Positions 8,410 through 17,115 of a DNA stretch of 30,581 nucleotides are shown here, piece by piece; the stretch's first letter is position 1; every line of letters starts with the position of its first letter. A model generated the notes under the pieces. That model saw only the letters and a program-made list of their open reading frames with translations, made no database searches and was not told the origin of the DNA. Source of the stretch: Verrucomicrobiota bacterium (lineage in GTDB: Bacteria; Verrucomicrobiota; Lentisphaeria; Lentisphaerales; Lentisphaeraceae); NCBI GenBank assembly GCA_039798785.1, contig JBDKFG010000078.1, positions 1 through 30,581 of the forward strand, given 5' to 3'. Both the position numbers and the translations under genes were made by a program.

Positions 8410-11400
8410 ATGGCTCTTCCAGGAACCTCCCTCCGCATGCCGGCCGCCGAATCCCGCCCTCTCTTCTTCGCCCTCCTCGCGGCCGCACTCACCGCCGCGG
8501 CCTGGCACCACGACGCGCCGGCCTGCATCCCGCTCCTCGCCGCCCTCGCCTTTTTCCTTTGCCTTGCCAAGCACAACCACGTCCACCGCCCGCTCTTCGC
8601 CTCGGCCGCCGCCAACCGGGCCTGGGGCGTCCTCCTCGCCCTCCTCACCGGCAGCAGCAGCGAAGGCATCCGCGAGCCGCACAACGGCCGCCACCACAGC
8701 CGCCCCGGCGCCGCTGACGACGCGGTCCGGCCGCAACTGGCGGGACAAGGCCCGGCCCCCTGGCGCCTGCTCCGCTTCACCATCGCCAGCCTGCTCGAAT
8801 CCTGGCGCCTGCGCCGCCCGCCCTCGCCCTGGGAAAACTGCGAACGCCTCGCCGTCCTCGTCGTCGCCGCGACCGCGCTGCTTTGCGATCCCCGCAAGAC
8901 GCTGCTCTTCCTCCTCCTGCCCTGGCTGATCGGCCAGCTCCTGCTCCTCGCCGTCAACCTGCCGCAGCACGAGGGCCTGCCCGCCGGCAAGGGCCCGGGC
9001 TCTTCCCGCGACATGACGGGCCCGATCAGCAACTGGTTTCTCTTCAACGCCGGCTACCACAGCGCCCACCACGCCTTCCCCGGCGCCCATTGGTCGGAAC
9101 TGCCCCGCCTCCACGCCGAACACATCGCGCCCTTTGCGCCGCCCGCCACGCAGCACCGCAGCCTCGCCTCCTGGCTCCTCGGCTGGGCCCGCCGGAATGC
9201 CCCCGCCCGACCCGACCCGCGCCGCCCTTTCCTGCTGCTGCTCTTCTCCTACACCGCCCTCGGTTGCCTCTACCTCGGCTTCAACCGCTCGCCGCAGCAG
9301 ATCCTCCTCATGATCTCGCTCTGCGCCAGCCTCGATTTCCTCCTCAAATGGACGATCCACGGCCGCCGCGAATTCCCCCTCTCGGGCACGATCACCGGCT
9401 GCGGCCTCTCCATCCTCCTCAACTACCCGCACGACCCCTGGATGCCGCTCTTCCCCGCGCTCCTCGCCATCGGCTCGAAATACGTTTTCACCTGGCAAGG
9501 TCGCCACGTCTTCAACCCCGGCCTCTTCGGCGTCATCGCCGCGCTCTTCCTCGGTCAAGGGCTCTACGCCAGCGCCCCGGCCTATCAATGGGGCCTCGGG
9601 CCGCTCGCGTCGGTAGGGGTGATCGGCCTCGCCCTGCTCTTCTTCATCCGCCAGGCCGGACGCCTGCCGCTCGTCCTCGCCTTCCTCGCCAGCTACCTGC
9701 TTTGCACCCTCCTCCGTGCCTGGATCATGCGCCATCACCTGCCGCCGGAAGTGGTCATCTTCGGCTCGCTCTCCTCCCCCGCGCTCTTCCTCTTCGCCTT
9801 CTACATGATCACCGACCCGGCCACCTCGCCGGCCCAGCCGCGCCACCAGATCCTCTGGGGCGCCGCCGTCGCCCTCCTCGACCTCGCCTACCACCTCAAA
9901 TCCTCCCTCGCCACTCAGTTCCTCGCCCTCTTCTTCCTCGCCGCCAGCTTCTGGGCCGGACGCCACCTCCTCCGCCTGCTGCGCTCGCCGCAAAACGCCT
10001 GGCGCTCGGCGCAAGACGCCGCCCAGCGACTCGCCGTCGCCGCCCTCGCCTTCTGGGCCCTGATGCTGCTGCGCCCGCCACCAGCCCCCCTCGCCGACCC
10101 GGGCTTCAAACTCGAAGCGATCGCGCCCTCCCACAGCGGCCTGCACGCCCAGCTCGGCACAGTGCTCACCGAGGTCGATCCCCGCGTCGCCCACATCGCC
10201 AAATGGGTCCTCTCCATCGGCTCCAGCGCGGCCTGCGCCGACATCGATGGCGACGGCGATCAGGATCTCTTCCTCGTCCAGCCGCTGATGTCTCCCGACG
10301 ACCGCTGCCAATTGCTCCGCAACGACGGCGACCTGCGCTTCACCCGACTGCCTCTGCCCGCCCTCGATGCCTGGATGCGCGACCCGCAAAACCACGGCGT
10401 CCCCGGCGGCGCGCTCTTCTGCGACACCCGCAACTCGGGCCGACCCGACCTCCTCGTCCTCGGCGCCTTCGGCCGCTGCCAGCTCCTCCTCAACCAGTTC
10501 CCGAACTTCGTCGCCGCCCCGCCCCAGCCGCTCACCCAGGTCCACTGCGTCAGCATCGGCGCCTGCGCCGCCGACTTCGACCGCGACGGCCTGCCCGACC
10601 TCTTCGTCGCCAACGGCCTCGCCACTCACCTGCCCGATTACGCCCATCCGACGCCGCTCAACATCTTCCAGCTCCCCCAGCCGCAATTCCCCGGCGACCG
10701 CCGCATGTTCCACTTCCTCCACCAAGGCTGGCACAACTCCAACAACGGCGGCCTCAACCAGCTCTACCGCAACACCGGCACCAGCTTCGACGCCATCCCC
10801 GCCGCCCAAAGCGGCCTCGATCAGACGCGCTGGACCCTCGCCGCCGCCGCCGCCGATCTCAATCGCGACGGCCGTCCCGACCTCTATTGCGCCAACGATT
10901 TCGGCCCCGACGACTGCCTCCTGCAAAACCCCCAGGGACGCTTCCTCGCCCAGCGCGGACCCTGGACCGGCAGCATCGGCCGCGACACCTACAAAGGCAT
11001 GAACGCCTCCATCGGCGACCTCGACAACGACGGCCTGCCGATGATCTATGTCTCCAACGTCCACGCCCCGCTTCAGGCCGAGGGTTCGCTGCTGTGGAAG
11101 ATCAGCCCCGACGGCAGCAGCTTCACCGACGTCGCCGCCGCCCGCGGCTGCCTCAACGAAAAGGCCTTCGGCTGGGGCGCCGCCTTCGGCGATCTCGACC
11201 TCGACGGCCGCCTCGACCTCGCCCAGGCCAACGGCATGGTCGACGACACTCCCGACAAGAAATTCCCCGTCGCCCCGAGCTACTGGTACAAAGCCGGCCA
11301 GATCATGCGTTCCGGCCCCGAAGTCCACGCCTACGCCGACTCCTGGCCCGACCTCCGCGGCCACGAGATCTGGGGACGCCAAGCCAACCGCCTCTACCTC

Positions 11401-11871
11401 AACCGCGGCCCTTCGGCCCAGCCGCAATTCGCCGACGCCGCCCCCGCCCTCGGTATCGCCACCAAGGACAACTCCCGCGCCATGATCTTCACCGACTTCG
11501 ACAACGACGGCGACCTCGATCTCCTCGTCACCCACCAGTTCCGCGCCCCCGATCTCTACCGCAACCCGCTGCAGCAAACCCATCCCCGCCAATGGCTCGG
11601 CCTCACCCTCGTCGGCGACGGCCGCCGCGTCAACCGCGACGCCCTCGGCGCCCAGGTGATCCTCCACAACCTCGGCGGCGACTCCCCGCCTCTCCAATCC
11701 CGCGAAGTCCAGTCCAACTCCGGCTTCTCCGCCCAAGGCGACCGCCGCCTCCTCTTCGGCCTCGGCCTCAAACCCGGCAAGATCTCCCTCGAAATCCTCT
11801 GGCCCGACGGCTCCCGGCAGATCGTGGACGATCCCCAGCTCAATCAGTATTTGCGGGTGGAGATGAGGTGA
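8410..11871 (+). CDS. Triple fusion: membrane fatty-acid desaturase + UnbU/E5 (RnfD/NqrB-like) membrane domain + FG-GAP/CRTAC1-ASPIC/UnbV (E4-like) domain
   Basis: His boxes HNHVH, HNGRHH and NAGYHSAHH (about 8570-9075); DPR, PLSGTIT, SKYVF-GRHVFNP and FYMITDPATSP motifs (about 9210-9960); repeated DxDxDGxxDL FG-GAP motifs; C-terminal NRDALGAQV...GFSAQGDRRLLFGLG...ILWPDG. Alternative start at 8437. Confidence 0.85.
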   Translation: MALPGTSLRMPAAESRPLFFALLAAALTAAAWHHDAPACIPLLAALAFFLCLAKHNHVHRPLFASAAANRAWGVLLALLTGSSSEGIREPHNGRHHSRPGAADDAVRPQLAGQGPAPWRLLRFTIASLLESWRLRRPPSPWENCERLAVLVVAATALLCDPRKTLLFLLLPWLIGQLLLLAVNLPQHEGLPAGKGPGSSRDMTGPISNWFLFNAGYHSAHHAFPGAHWSELPRLHAEHIAPFAPPATQHRSLASWLLGWARRNAPARPDPRRPFLLLLFSYTALGCLYLGFNRSPQQILLMISLCASLDFLLKWTIHGRREFPLSGTITGCGLSILLNYPHDPWMPLFPALLAIGSKYVFTWQGRHVFNPGLFGVIAALFLGQGLYASAPAYQWGLGPLASVGVIGLALLFFIRQAGRLPLVLAFLASYLLCTLLRAWIMRHHLPPEVVIFGSLSSPALFLFAFYMITDPATSPAQPRHQILWGAAVALLDLAYHLKSSLATQFLALFFLAASFWAGRHLLRLLRSPQNAWRSAQDAAQRLAVAALAFWALMLLRPPPAPLADPGFKLEAIAPSHSGLHAQLGTVLTEVDPRVAHIAKWVLSIGSSAACADIDGDGDQDLFLVQPLMSPDDRCQLLRNDGDLRFTRLPLPALDAWMRDPQNHGVPGGALFCDTRNSGRPDLLVLGAFGRCQLLLNQFPNFVAAPPQPLTQVHCVSIGACAADFDRDGLPDLFVANGLATHLPDYAHPTPLNIFQLPQPQFPGDRRMFHFLHQGWHNSNNGGLNQLYRNTGTSFDAIPAAQSGLDQTRWTLAAAAADLNRDGRPDLYCANDFGPDDCLLQNPQGRFLAQRGPWTGSIGRDTYKGMNASIGDLDNDGLPMIYVSNVHAPLQAEGSLLWKISPDGSSFTDVAAARGCLNEKAFGWGAAFGDLDLDGRLDLAQANGMVDDTPDKKFPVAPSYWYKAGQIMRSGPEVHAYADSWPDLRGHEIWGRQANRLYLNRGPSAQPQFADAAPALGIATKDNSRAMIFTDFDNDGDLDLLVTHQFRAPDLYRNPLQQTHPRQWLGLTLVGDGRRVNRDALGAQVILHNLGGDSPPLQSREVQSNSGFSAQGDRRLLFGLGLKPGKISLEILWPDGSRQIVDDPQLNQYLRVEMR

Positions 11872-11932
11872 GGACGCGCTTGGATTGAGGAAGTAGTTTT
11901 GTGAGGAATGTTAACTCTTGGAGGAAAGATGG

Positions 11933-12529
11933 ATGAAGCGCAACACTAAAATCTTTATTGGAATCCTGATTGGTGCCTGGGTGCTCACTCTGGGCGTCTT
12001 CCATTCACGATCCATCAAATCCACTTTCACCTTGGACAACGGCAACGCATGGAAACAATTCGAAATTAAAAAAAATCGCGTTTACCCGCATACATGGATA
12101 GACACAGGCCATGTGCGTCGCATCGGCATTCCCTTCATGATCTGTTCGTCGTTCGACCAAGCGCCATATTCTCTTGATTTTTGCTTCGCGCTGTCAGCAT
12201 CTGACCCCGTGAAAGGACTGGTCATAGATAGCCTCCAGATTGATTATCGTGATGGAAGCACTCAAGCGATTACGCTGCCGCCCGGTGGAGCGGTCGCAGA
12301 TTTTTATCTGGATGAGAGGGGAAAGGAGCGTGGCGAGGCCGTCTATCGCAGATTCAGCTTAAGTTTTCCTGATGCCATTCAGAAACGCCAAGACTTCAAA
12401 GTCACCCTGTCTGGTTTTCTAGACAGCGAATTCGGGCGCGATCTCTACCGAGAGTCCATCAATGTCTCCATTTCCGACGAAAACTATTTTTACATCGGCT
12501 GGATGGAACTGGCGCTCAGCGGCATCTGA
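11933..12529 (+). CDS. Hypothetical membrane-anchored protein (AT-richer than its neighbours)
   Basis: GGAGG RBS; N-terminal TM segment (KIFIGILIGAWVLTLGVF); codon usage differs from the operon. Confidence 0.7.
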   Translation: MKRNTKIFIGILIGAWVLTLGVFHSRSIKSTFTLDNGNAWKQFEIKKNRVYPHTWIDTGHVRRIGIPFMICSSFDQAPYSLDFCFALSASDPVKGLVIDSLQIDYRDGSTQAITLPPGGAVADFYLDERGKERGEAVYRRFSLSFPDAIQKRQDFKVTLSGFLDSEFGRDLYRESINVSISDENYFYIGWMELALSGI

Positions 12530-12536
12530 AATCACT

Positions 12537-12803
12537 ATGACCAACGACCTCCATCACCTGATCCCCTGCCCCTGTTGCAGCGAGCGCACCTTGAGCGAAC
12601 GCGCCGCCTTCGAGATCTGCCCCCGATGCCACTGGGAGGACAACGGCCAGGACGATGCCAACGCCGATGTCGTCAGCGGCGGCCCCAACGGCTCTTTGAG
12701 CTTGAGCCAGGCATTCGTCCGCAGCTTGAGCTTGCCGGCAGCGTGTTCCCCACTGGGCTCGCCGGCATCCTGCCGGCTTGTTCTGCCGCTGTCCGCAGTC
12801 TGA
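12537..12803 (+). pseudogene. CPCC cysteine-rich family protein, C-terminus probably replaced by REP-derived sequence
   Basis: PCPCC...FEICPRCHWED.GQD...GGPNGSLSLSQA signature; the frame then runs into the repeat at 12717. Confidence 0.7.
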
Positions 12804-12909
12804 GCTTGCCGGCAGCGCTTGTTCCCCACTGGGCTCGCCGGCATCCTGCCGGCTTGTTCTGCCGCTCACCGTCTTGACGCAGCCGGCAGGATGCCGGCGA
12901 GCCCAGTGG
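12717..12909. repeat. REP/BIME-like cluster: two ~75-bp direct repeats plus one inverted 29-bp unit
   Basis: CCACTGGGCTCGCCGGCATCCTGCCGGCT at 12750-12778 and 12826-12854; exact reverse complement at 12881-12909; internal palindrome GCCGGC-ATCCT-GCCGGC. Confidence 0.88.
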
Positions 12910-13187
12910 CAGAGCCGCAGCGAGCAGATCGTCGCAGGCGAAGAGGCGGAGAAATCCGTTGCCGAGGATTCCTCGACAACTGCCGAGCATTCCTCGAGAG
13001 TTCAGCTTGAGGGAAGCTCGGACTCATGAGCCCTGCGAAGGCTTCTCGCCGTTCCCTGGGAGCGCGCCAGTCCCCTGGCGCTGCTGCTGGTTCGCTGGCG
13101 TCCCCCGGCTGTGCTTTTACCGCTCCGCGCCTGGCCCCCTCTTGTCGATGCGCTCGTCGACGAGTCAGCCCGTCCTTACTTCTTCCA

Positions 13188-13294
13188 TGAAAATCTGCCA
13201 TCATGATGTCGGTTTTTCACGGATGACTCTTGACTTCCTCAGTGCCATCCCTAGATTTCCCTTGAAAATCTAACATCTGGACGCCAATTTTTCA
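13188..13294. promoter_or_regulatory. Two related 32-bp imperfect palindromes (TGAAAATCT...TTTTTCA), candidate operators
   Basis: Copies at 13188-13219 and 13263-13294 have the same length and ends; the second overlaps the first base of the ATPase ATG. Confidence 0.5.
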
Positions 13295-14451
13295 TGGATT
13301 CATTCATCCCCCGTTCACCCAGCCAGAGCCAGCTCGAGGCGGCGCTGCGGCGCAGTGCGGTCGTGGCTTTGCTCGGCGCCCGCCAGATCGGCAAGACCAC
13401 CTTGGCCCGGCAGCTGGCGGCGACGCGGCAGGATGTCACTTGGTTGGATCTGGAGCTGCCCGACGACCAGCTCGCCTTGAGCAATGCCCAGGCCTTCCTC
13501 AGCCGTTGCCGCGGCTTGGTGGTGATCGACGAGATCCAGCTGCGTCCCGATCTCTTCCCGCTTCTGCGCGCCTTGGTCGACCGTCCCGATCTGCCGGCGC
13601 GATTCCTCCTTCTCGGCAGCTCCTCGCCCGATCTTCTGCGTGGCGGCAGCGAGAGTCTGGCCGGGCGCATCGAGTTCATTCCGATGGGCCCCTTCCACCT
13701 CGGCGAAGTCGGCGCCGAGCTTTGGCAGAAGCTGTGGTGGCGCGGCGGCTTCCCGCGTTCCTGGCTGGCCGAGCAGGACGCGGACAGCCACATCTGGCGG
13801 CGCCATTTCATCCAGACCTTCCTCGAGCGCGATGTGCGTCAGCACGGCATCGACATGGCGCCGGCGAGCTTCCACCGCTTCTGGGTGATGCTCAGCCACT
13901 ACCACGGCCAGACGCTGAACATCGCCGAGCTCTCCACCTCCTTCGGCATCGACCGCCGCAGCACCCATCGCTACCTCGATATCCTTTGCAGTTGCTACCT
14001 CTTGCGCCAGCTTCAACCCTGGCACGAGAACATCGCCAAGCGCCAGGTGAAATCGCCCAAGCTCTATCTGCGCGACAGCGGCCTGCTGCACGCCCTGCAA
14101 GGACTCGATTCCCCGGATCGTCTCTGGCATTCGCCCGTCCTCGGCGCTTCCTGGGAAGGTTTCGCCCTCGAACAAGTCCTCGCCAGCGTCCCCCACGAAA
14201 ACGCCTGGTTCTGGGGCACCCACGGCGGCGCCGAACTCGATCTCCTGCTCGACATCGGCGGACGCCGCCACGGCTTCGAATTCAAATGGAGCGAAAGCCC
14301 CGGCAGCAGCCGCTCCATGGCCATCGCCTGCGACGAACTCAAATTGGACCACCTCTGGGTCGTCCACCCCGGCCGCCACGTCGTCCCGCTCAAGGAACGC
14401 ATCACCCTGCTGCCGATCACCCGCTTGCAGGAGTGGCGGGAGCAACCATGA
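13294..14451 (+). CDS. AAA+ ATPase (AAA_14 + DUF4143 family)
   Basis: Walker A GARQIGKT, Walker B VVIDEIQ, LLLGSS, ESLAGR, GGFP, KSPKLYLRDSGLL, ELDLL...FEFK (nuclease-like tail). Confidence 0.93.
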   Translation: MDSFIPRSPSQSQLEAALRRSAVVALLGARQIGKTTLARQLAATRQDVTWLDLELPDDQLALSNAQAFLSRCRGLVVIDEIQLRPDLFPLLRALVDRPDLPARFLLLGSSSPDLLRGGSESLAGRIEFIPMGPFHLGEVGAELWQKLWWRGGFPRSWLAEQDADSHIWRRHFIQTFLERDVRQHGIDMAPASFHRFWVMLSHYHGQTLNIAELSTSFGIDRRSTHRYLDILCSCYLLRQLQPWHENIAKRQVKSPKLYLRDSGLLHALQGLDSPDRLWHSPVLGASWEGFALEQVLASVPHENAWFWGTHGGAELDLLLDIGGRRHGFEFKWSESPGSSRSMAIACDELKLDHLWVVHPGRHVVPLKERITLLPITRLQEWREQP

Positions 14452-14480
14452 GGACGATGTCTGCCTACACCTCAAAAACC

Positions 14481-14513
14481 TTGCAGATTGAAACACTGGC
14501 TTTCAAAATGCAA
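14481..14513. promoter_or_regulatory. 33-bp imperfect palindrome TTGCA-N23-TGCAA
   Basis: TTGCAGATTGAAA-cactggc-TTTCAAAATGCAA; same span as the palindrome at 18713-18745. Confidence 0.5.
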
Positions 14514-14531
14514 ACTTTCACCCCCCTCCCT

Positions 14532-14557
14532 CTTGTGTCCCTTGTGCCTTCTGTGGC
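14532..14557 (+). repeat. Degenerate 9-mer triplet (CTTGTGNCN)
   Basis: cttgtgtcc-cttgtgcct-tctgtggc just upstream of the Rieske gene. Confidence 0.5.
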
Positions 14558-14578
14558 AATGACATCAAGGGCAACTCC

Positions 14579-15577
14579 ATGAGCCTCGATTCCTACTTCT
14601 TCATCGTCGCGCAGTCGCATCAGCTCAAGCCGGGCAAGCCGCTCGCGGTCCGCCTCGGCGAACGCCACCTCGCCTTGTTCCGCGATCATACCGGCGCACC
14701 GCAGGCGGTCGAAGATCGTTGCGCCCACCGCAATGCGCCGCTCTCCGCCGGACGGGTCGAGGACGGCTGCCTACGCTGCCCCTACCACGGCTGGAGCTAC
14801 GACGGCGACGGCTTATGCCTCGGCGTTCCAGCTTTGGAAAAAGCACCGCAAGTCCGCATTCCGTCCTTCACCTGCCGCGAATCGCAAGGCTTCATCTGGT
14901 GCTGCCCCGGCACGCCGAAGCACGAGCCGCATCACTTCCCCCACCTCGGCGACAAAGGCTGGTCCACCTTCGTCATGGAAAGCCATTTCGCCGCGACCGA
15001 GGAGGCCTGTCTCGAGAACTTCCTCGACTGTCCCCACACCGTCTTCGTCCACGGCGGCTGGTTCCGTTCGCGCTCGGCGCAACGCCCGGTCCAGGCCCGG
15101 CTCAGCCGCGACGCCTCCAGCGCCTGGGTCGACTTCGAGGAGGACGCCACCGCCTCGCCCTCGGTGATCTCGCGCCTGCTCTTCCCCCGCGACAAGCTCG
15201 AGCACCGCGACCGCTTCCTCCTGCCCGCCATCAGCCAGGTCGACTACCGCTTCAGCGCCAGCCGCCACTACATCATCAGCTCGTTATGCACCAGCCACGG
15301 CAAGGACGGCACCCGCGTCTGGACGGTGATGACCAGCCGCCACCCCCTCGGACCCTTCCTGCGCCTCTTCTACGAACCTCTCTCCCGCCTCGTCATCCGC
15401 CAGGATCTCGACATCCTCAAGCTCCAGGCCGACACCATCGCCCGCTTCGGCGGCCCCCGCTTCACCGATTGCGACGCCGACCTCCTCGGTCCCCACATCC
15501 GCGCCCTCCGCCAAGCCGCCCGCGAGGGACGCAGCCTCGAGCCCATCGACGGCGAAAAACGGGAGATCCGCTTTTGA
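14579..15577 (+). CDS. Rieske non-heme iron oxygenase alpha subunit (VanA/KshA-like)
   Basis: Rieske motif DRCAHR...CPYHGW and mononuclear iron motif ENFLDCPHTVFVH; C-terminal QD. Confidence 0.92.
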   Translation: MSLDSYFFIVAQSHQLKPGKPLAVRLGERHLALFRDHTGAPQAVEDRCAHRNAPLSAGRVEDGCLRCPYHGWSYDGDGLCLGVPALEKAPQVRIPSFTCRESQGFIWCCPGTPKHEPHHFPHLGDKGWSTFVMESHFAATEEACLENFLDCPHTVFVHGGWFRSRSAQRPVQARLSRDASSAWVDFEEDATASPSVISRLLFPRDKLEHRDRFLLPAISQVDYRFSASRHYIISSLCTSHGKDGTRVWTVMTSRHPLGPFLRLFYEPLSRLVIRQDLDILKLQADTIARFGGPRFTDCDADLLGPHIRALRQAAREGRSLEPIDGEKREIRF

Positions 15578-16170
15578 AACTCCGCCTGAGCATCCTCGCC
15601 CTCTACCTCGCCTGCGTCGCCGCCGGGCTGTGGCAGAACGCCGTGCCGGGACGCCTCGGCGGCGCCATCTCCATTCCCAAAATCCTCTGGCTCGCCACCG
15701 CGCTTTCCGCCTTCTTCCTCGTGCCGCCGCTGATCCTGCGCGAACAGCCCCTCGCTCCCCGCGCCCGCCGTCTGCTGCAAGTCTTCTGGGCCTCCTGGCT
15801 CTTGCGGGCGCCGCTCGAGGCCGCGCTCCTGCTCGGCTGGGCCGGCGGCTGGCGCTGCGTCTACGGCATCAGCCACGATCTCGCCTGCCTCGCCCTCGTC
15901 ATGGCCGCGCTGGCGACGCGTCCCGCCCCCGCCCTCCGTTCCTGGCTCTTCTGGCTCGCCGCCGTCCTCTGTTGCGAAGCCAGCTTCGCCTGGCTCTTCT
16001 CCTTGCTCATCGACCCCCGCTCCGGCGTCTGGTTCGCCGACGCCTCCGCCGCCTTCGCCCGCATCAACCTCGGCACCGCAGCCTGCCTCGCCCTCCTCCT
16101 GCCCTGGCTCGCCTGGAATCTGCGGACCCCGCTTCATCAAACCCCAGATGTCACAGATGCCCGCAGATGA
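15574..16170 (+). CDS. Hypothetical integral membrane protein
   Basis: TTG start overlaps the Rieske stop (TTGA); about 5-6 hydrophobic segments; operon-like codon usage; last ~10 residues are encoded by the adjacent repeat. Confidence 0.75.
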   Translation: MKLRLSILALYLACVAAGLWQNAVPGRLGGAISIPKILWLATALSAFFLVPPLILREQPLAPRARRLLQVFWASWLLRAPLEAALLLGWAGGWRCVYGISHDLACLALVMAALATRPAPALRSWLFWLAAVLCCEASFAWLFSLLIDPRSGVWFADASAAFARINLGTAACLALLLPWLAWNLRTPLHQTPDVTDARR

Positions 16171-16344
16171 ACATCCCTAAATCCATCTGCGCCGATCTGC
16201 GTCATCTGCGGTTAAAATTCATGTCTTTTGTGGTTCGCCCCATCAAACCACAGATGTCACAGATTTTCGCAGATGAAAACCATGACGAGAGCTTTTCATG
16301 AACATCCCTCAATCCATCTGCGCCGATCTGCGTCATCTGCGGTT
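16140..16344. repeat. Two hairpins built from 30-bp CAGAT-triplet arms (L-R-L-R), empty element
   Basis: L arms at 16140-16169 and 16246-16275 (AACCNCAGATGTCACAGATNNNCGCAGATG); identical R arms CATCTGCGCCGATCTGCGTCATCTGCGGTT at 16184-16213 and 16315-16344. Confidence 0.9.
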
Positions 16345-16396
16345 TCTTTTCTGCCCTGTTCTCTTTCCCCGCCCTTCCGCGTCTTCTGCGGTTCCC

Positions 16397-16423
16397 TTTC
16401 GTGTCTTTCGTGTATTTCGTGGT
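16397..16423 (+). repeat. 9-mer triplet (TTTCGTGNN)x3
   Basis: tttcgtgtc-tttcgtgta-tttcgtggt, 8 nt before the ATG at 16432. Confidence 0.7.
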
Positions 16424-16431
16424 TTCACCTC

Positions 16432-17115
16432 ATGAAACTTGCACCCTCCATCCTCCCCGCCTCCCAGGCCGACGCCGCCGAGCTTTTTGCGCTCTTCGCA
16501 CAGGTCTATGACGCCGTCGACGAATCCCGTTTCCGCGACGACCTCGCCGCCAAGGATGACGTGATCTGCTTCCGCGACGAGACGGGCCAGTTGCGCGGCT
16601 TCTCCACCCAGGTGATCCACCGCTGCGGCGAGGTCCGCCTGCTCTTCTCCGGCGACACCGTGATCGACCCCGCCTGCTGGGGTTCGCAGGCCCTTGCCCG
16701 CGCCTGGTGCGCCTATGCCGGACGCCGTCAACGCGAGGAAGCCTCGCCGCTCTTCTGGCTGCTCCTCTCCAAAGGCTGGCGCACCTACCTCTACCTGCCG
16801 CTCTTCTTCCGCAACTACTTGCCACACCCGAGTCAGACCGCTCCCGCCGAATGGCTGACCCTGCGCGACGCGGCCTGCCGCCAGCTCTTCGGCGCCGCCT
16901 GGTTGCCCGAGCTCGGCATCCTGCGTTTTCCCGAGTCCCTCGGCCAGCTCAAGCCGGACTTCGCCCGGCCGCGCCGCTCCTCGCCCGAAATCAACTTCTT
17001 CCTCCAGCTCAATCCCGGCTACGCCGAGGGCGACGAACTGGTCGGCCTCGCGCCCATCGCACCCGGCAACATGCTTCCCCGCGCAGCCGCCTGGATGACG
17101 GAGGATCTACCATGA
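16432..17115 (+). CDS. Hypothetical protein, probable GNAT-like fold
   Basis: LRGFSTQ...LLFSGDTVIDPACWGSQALARAW resembles an acyl-CoA-binding motif A. Stop overlaps the GH3 ATG (ATGA). The longer ORF start (16228) lies in repeat sequence. Confidence 0.75.
   Translation: MKLAPSILPASQADAAELFALFAQVYDAVDESRFRDDLAAKDDVICFRDETGQLRGFSTQVIHRCGEVRLLFSGDTVIDPACWGSQALARAWCAYAGRRQREEASPLFWLLLSKGWRTYLYLPLFFRNYLPHPSQTAPAEWLTLRDAACRQLFGAAWLPELGILRFPESLGQLKPDFARPRRSSPEINFFLQLNPGYAEGDELVGLAPIAPGNMLPRAAAWMTEDLP

Noticed and set aside
1151..11736. Very long minus-strand ORFs (1151..3169, 3304..5256, 4913..6829, 8392..11736) and alternative-frame + ORFs such as 8883..11888
   Set aside because: They are shadows of GC3-biased real genes, with low-complexity G/E/V- or R/P-rich translations and no recognisable motifs.
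8410..11871. A bona fide enediyne biosynthetic cluster
   Set aside because: The defining PKSE, thioesterase and E3/UnbL genes are not in the window; only E4/E5-like domains are present.
7013..14451. Duplicated ATPase tail as a DGR template/variable repeat pair
   Set aside because: Differences are largely synonymous and not confined to adenines, and no reverse transcriptase is present in the window.
16228..16431. N-terminal extension of the GNAT-like ORF (and similarly 24046-24084 and 5009-5041)
   Set aside because: These extensions are translations of repeat arms or intergenic sequence; downstream ATGs fit better.
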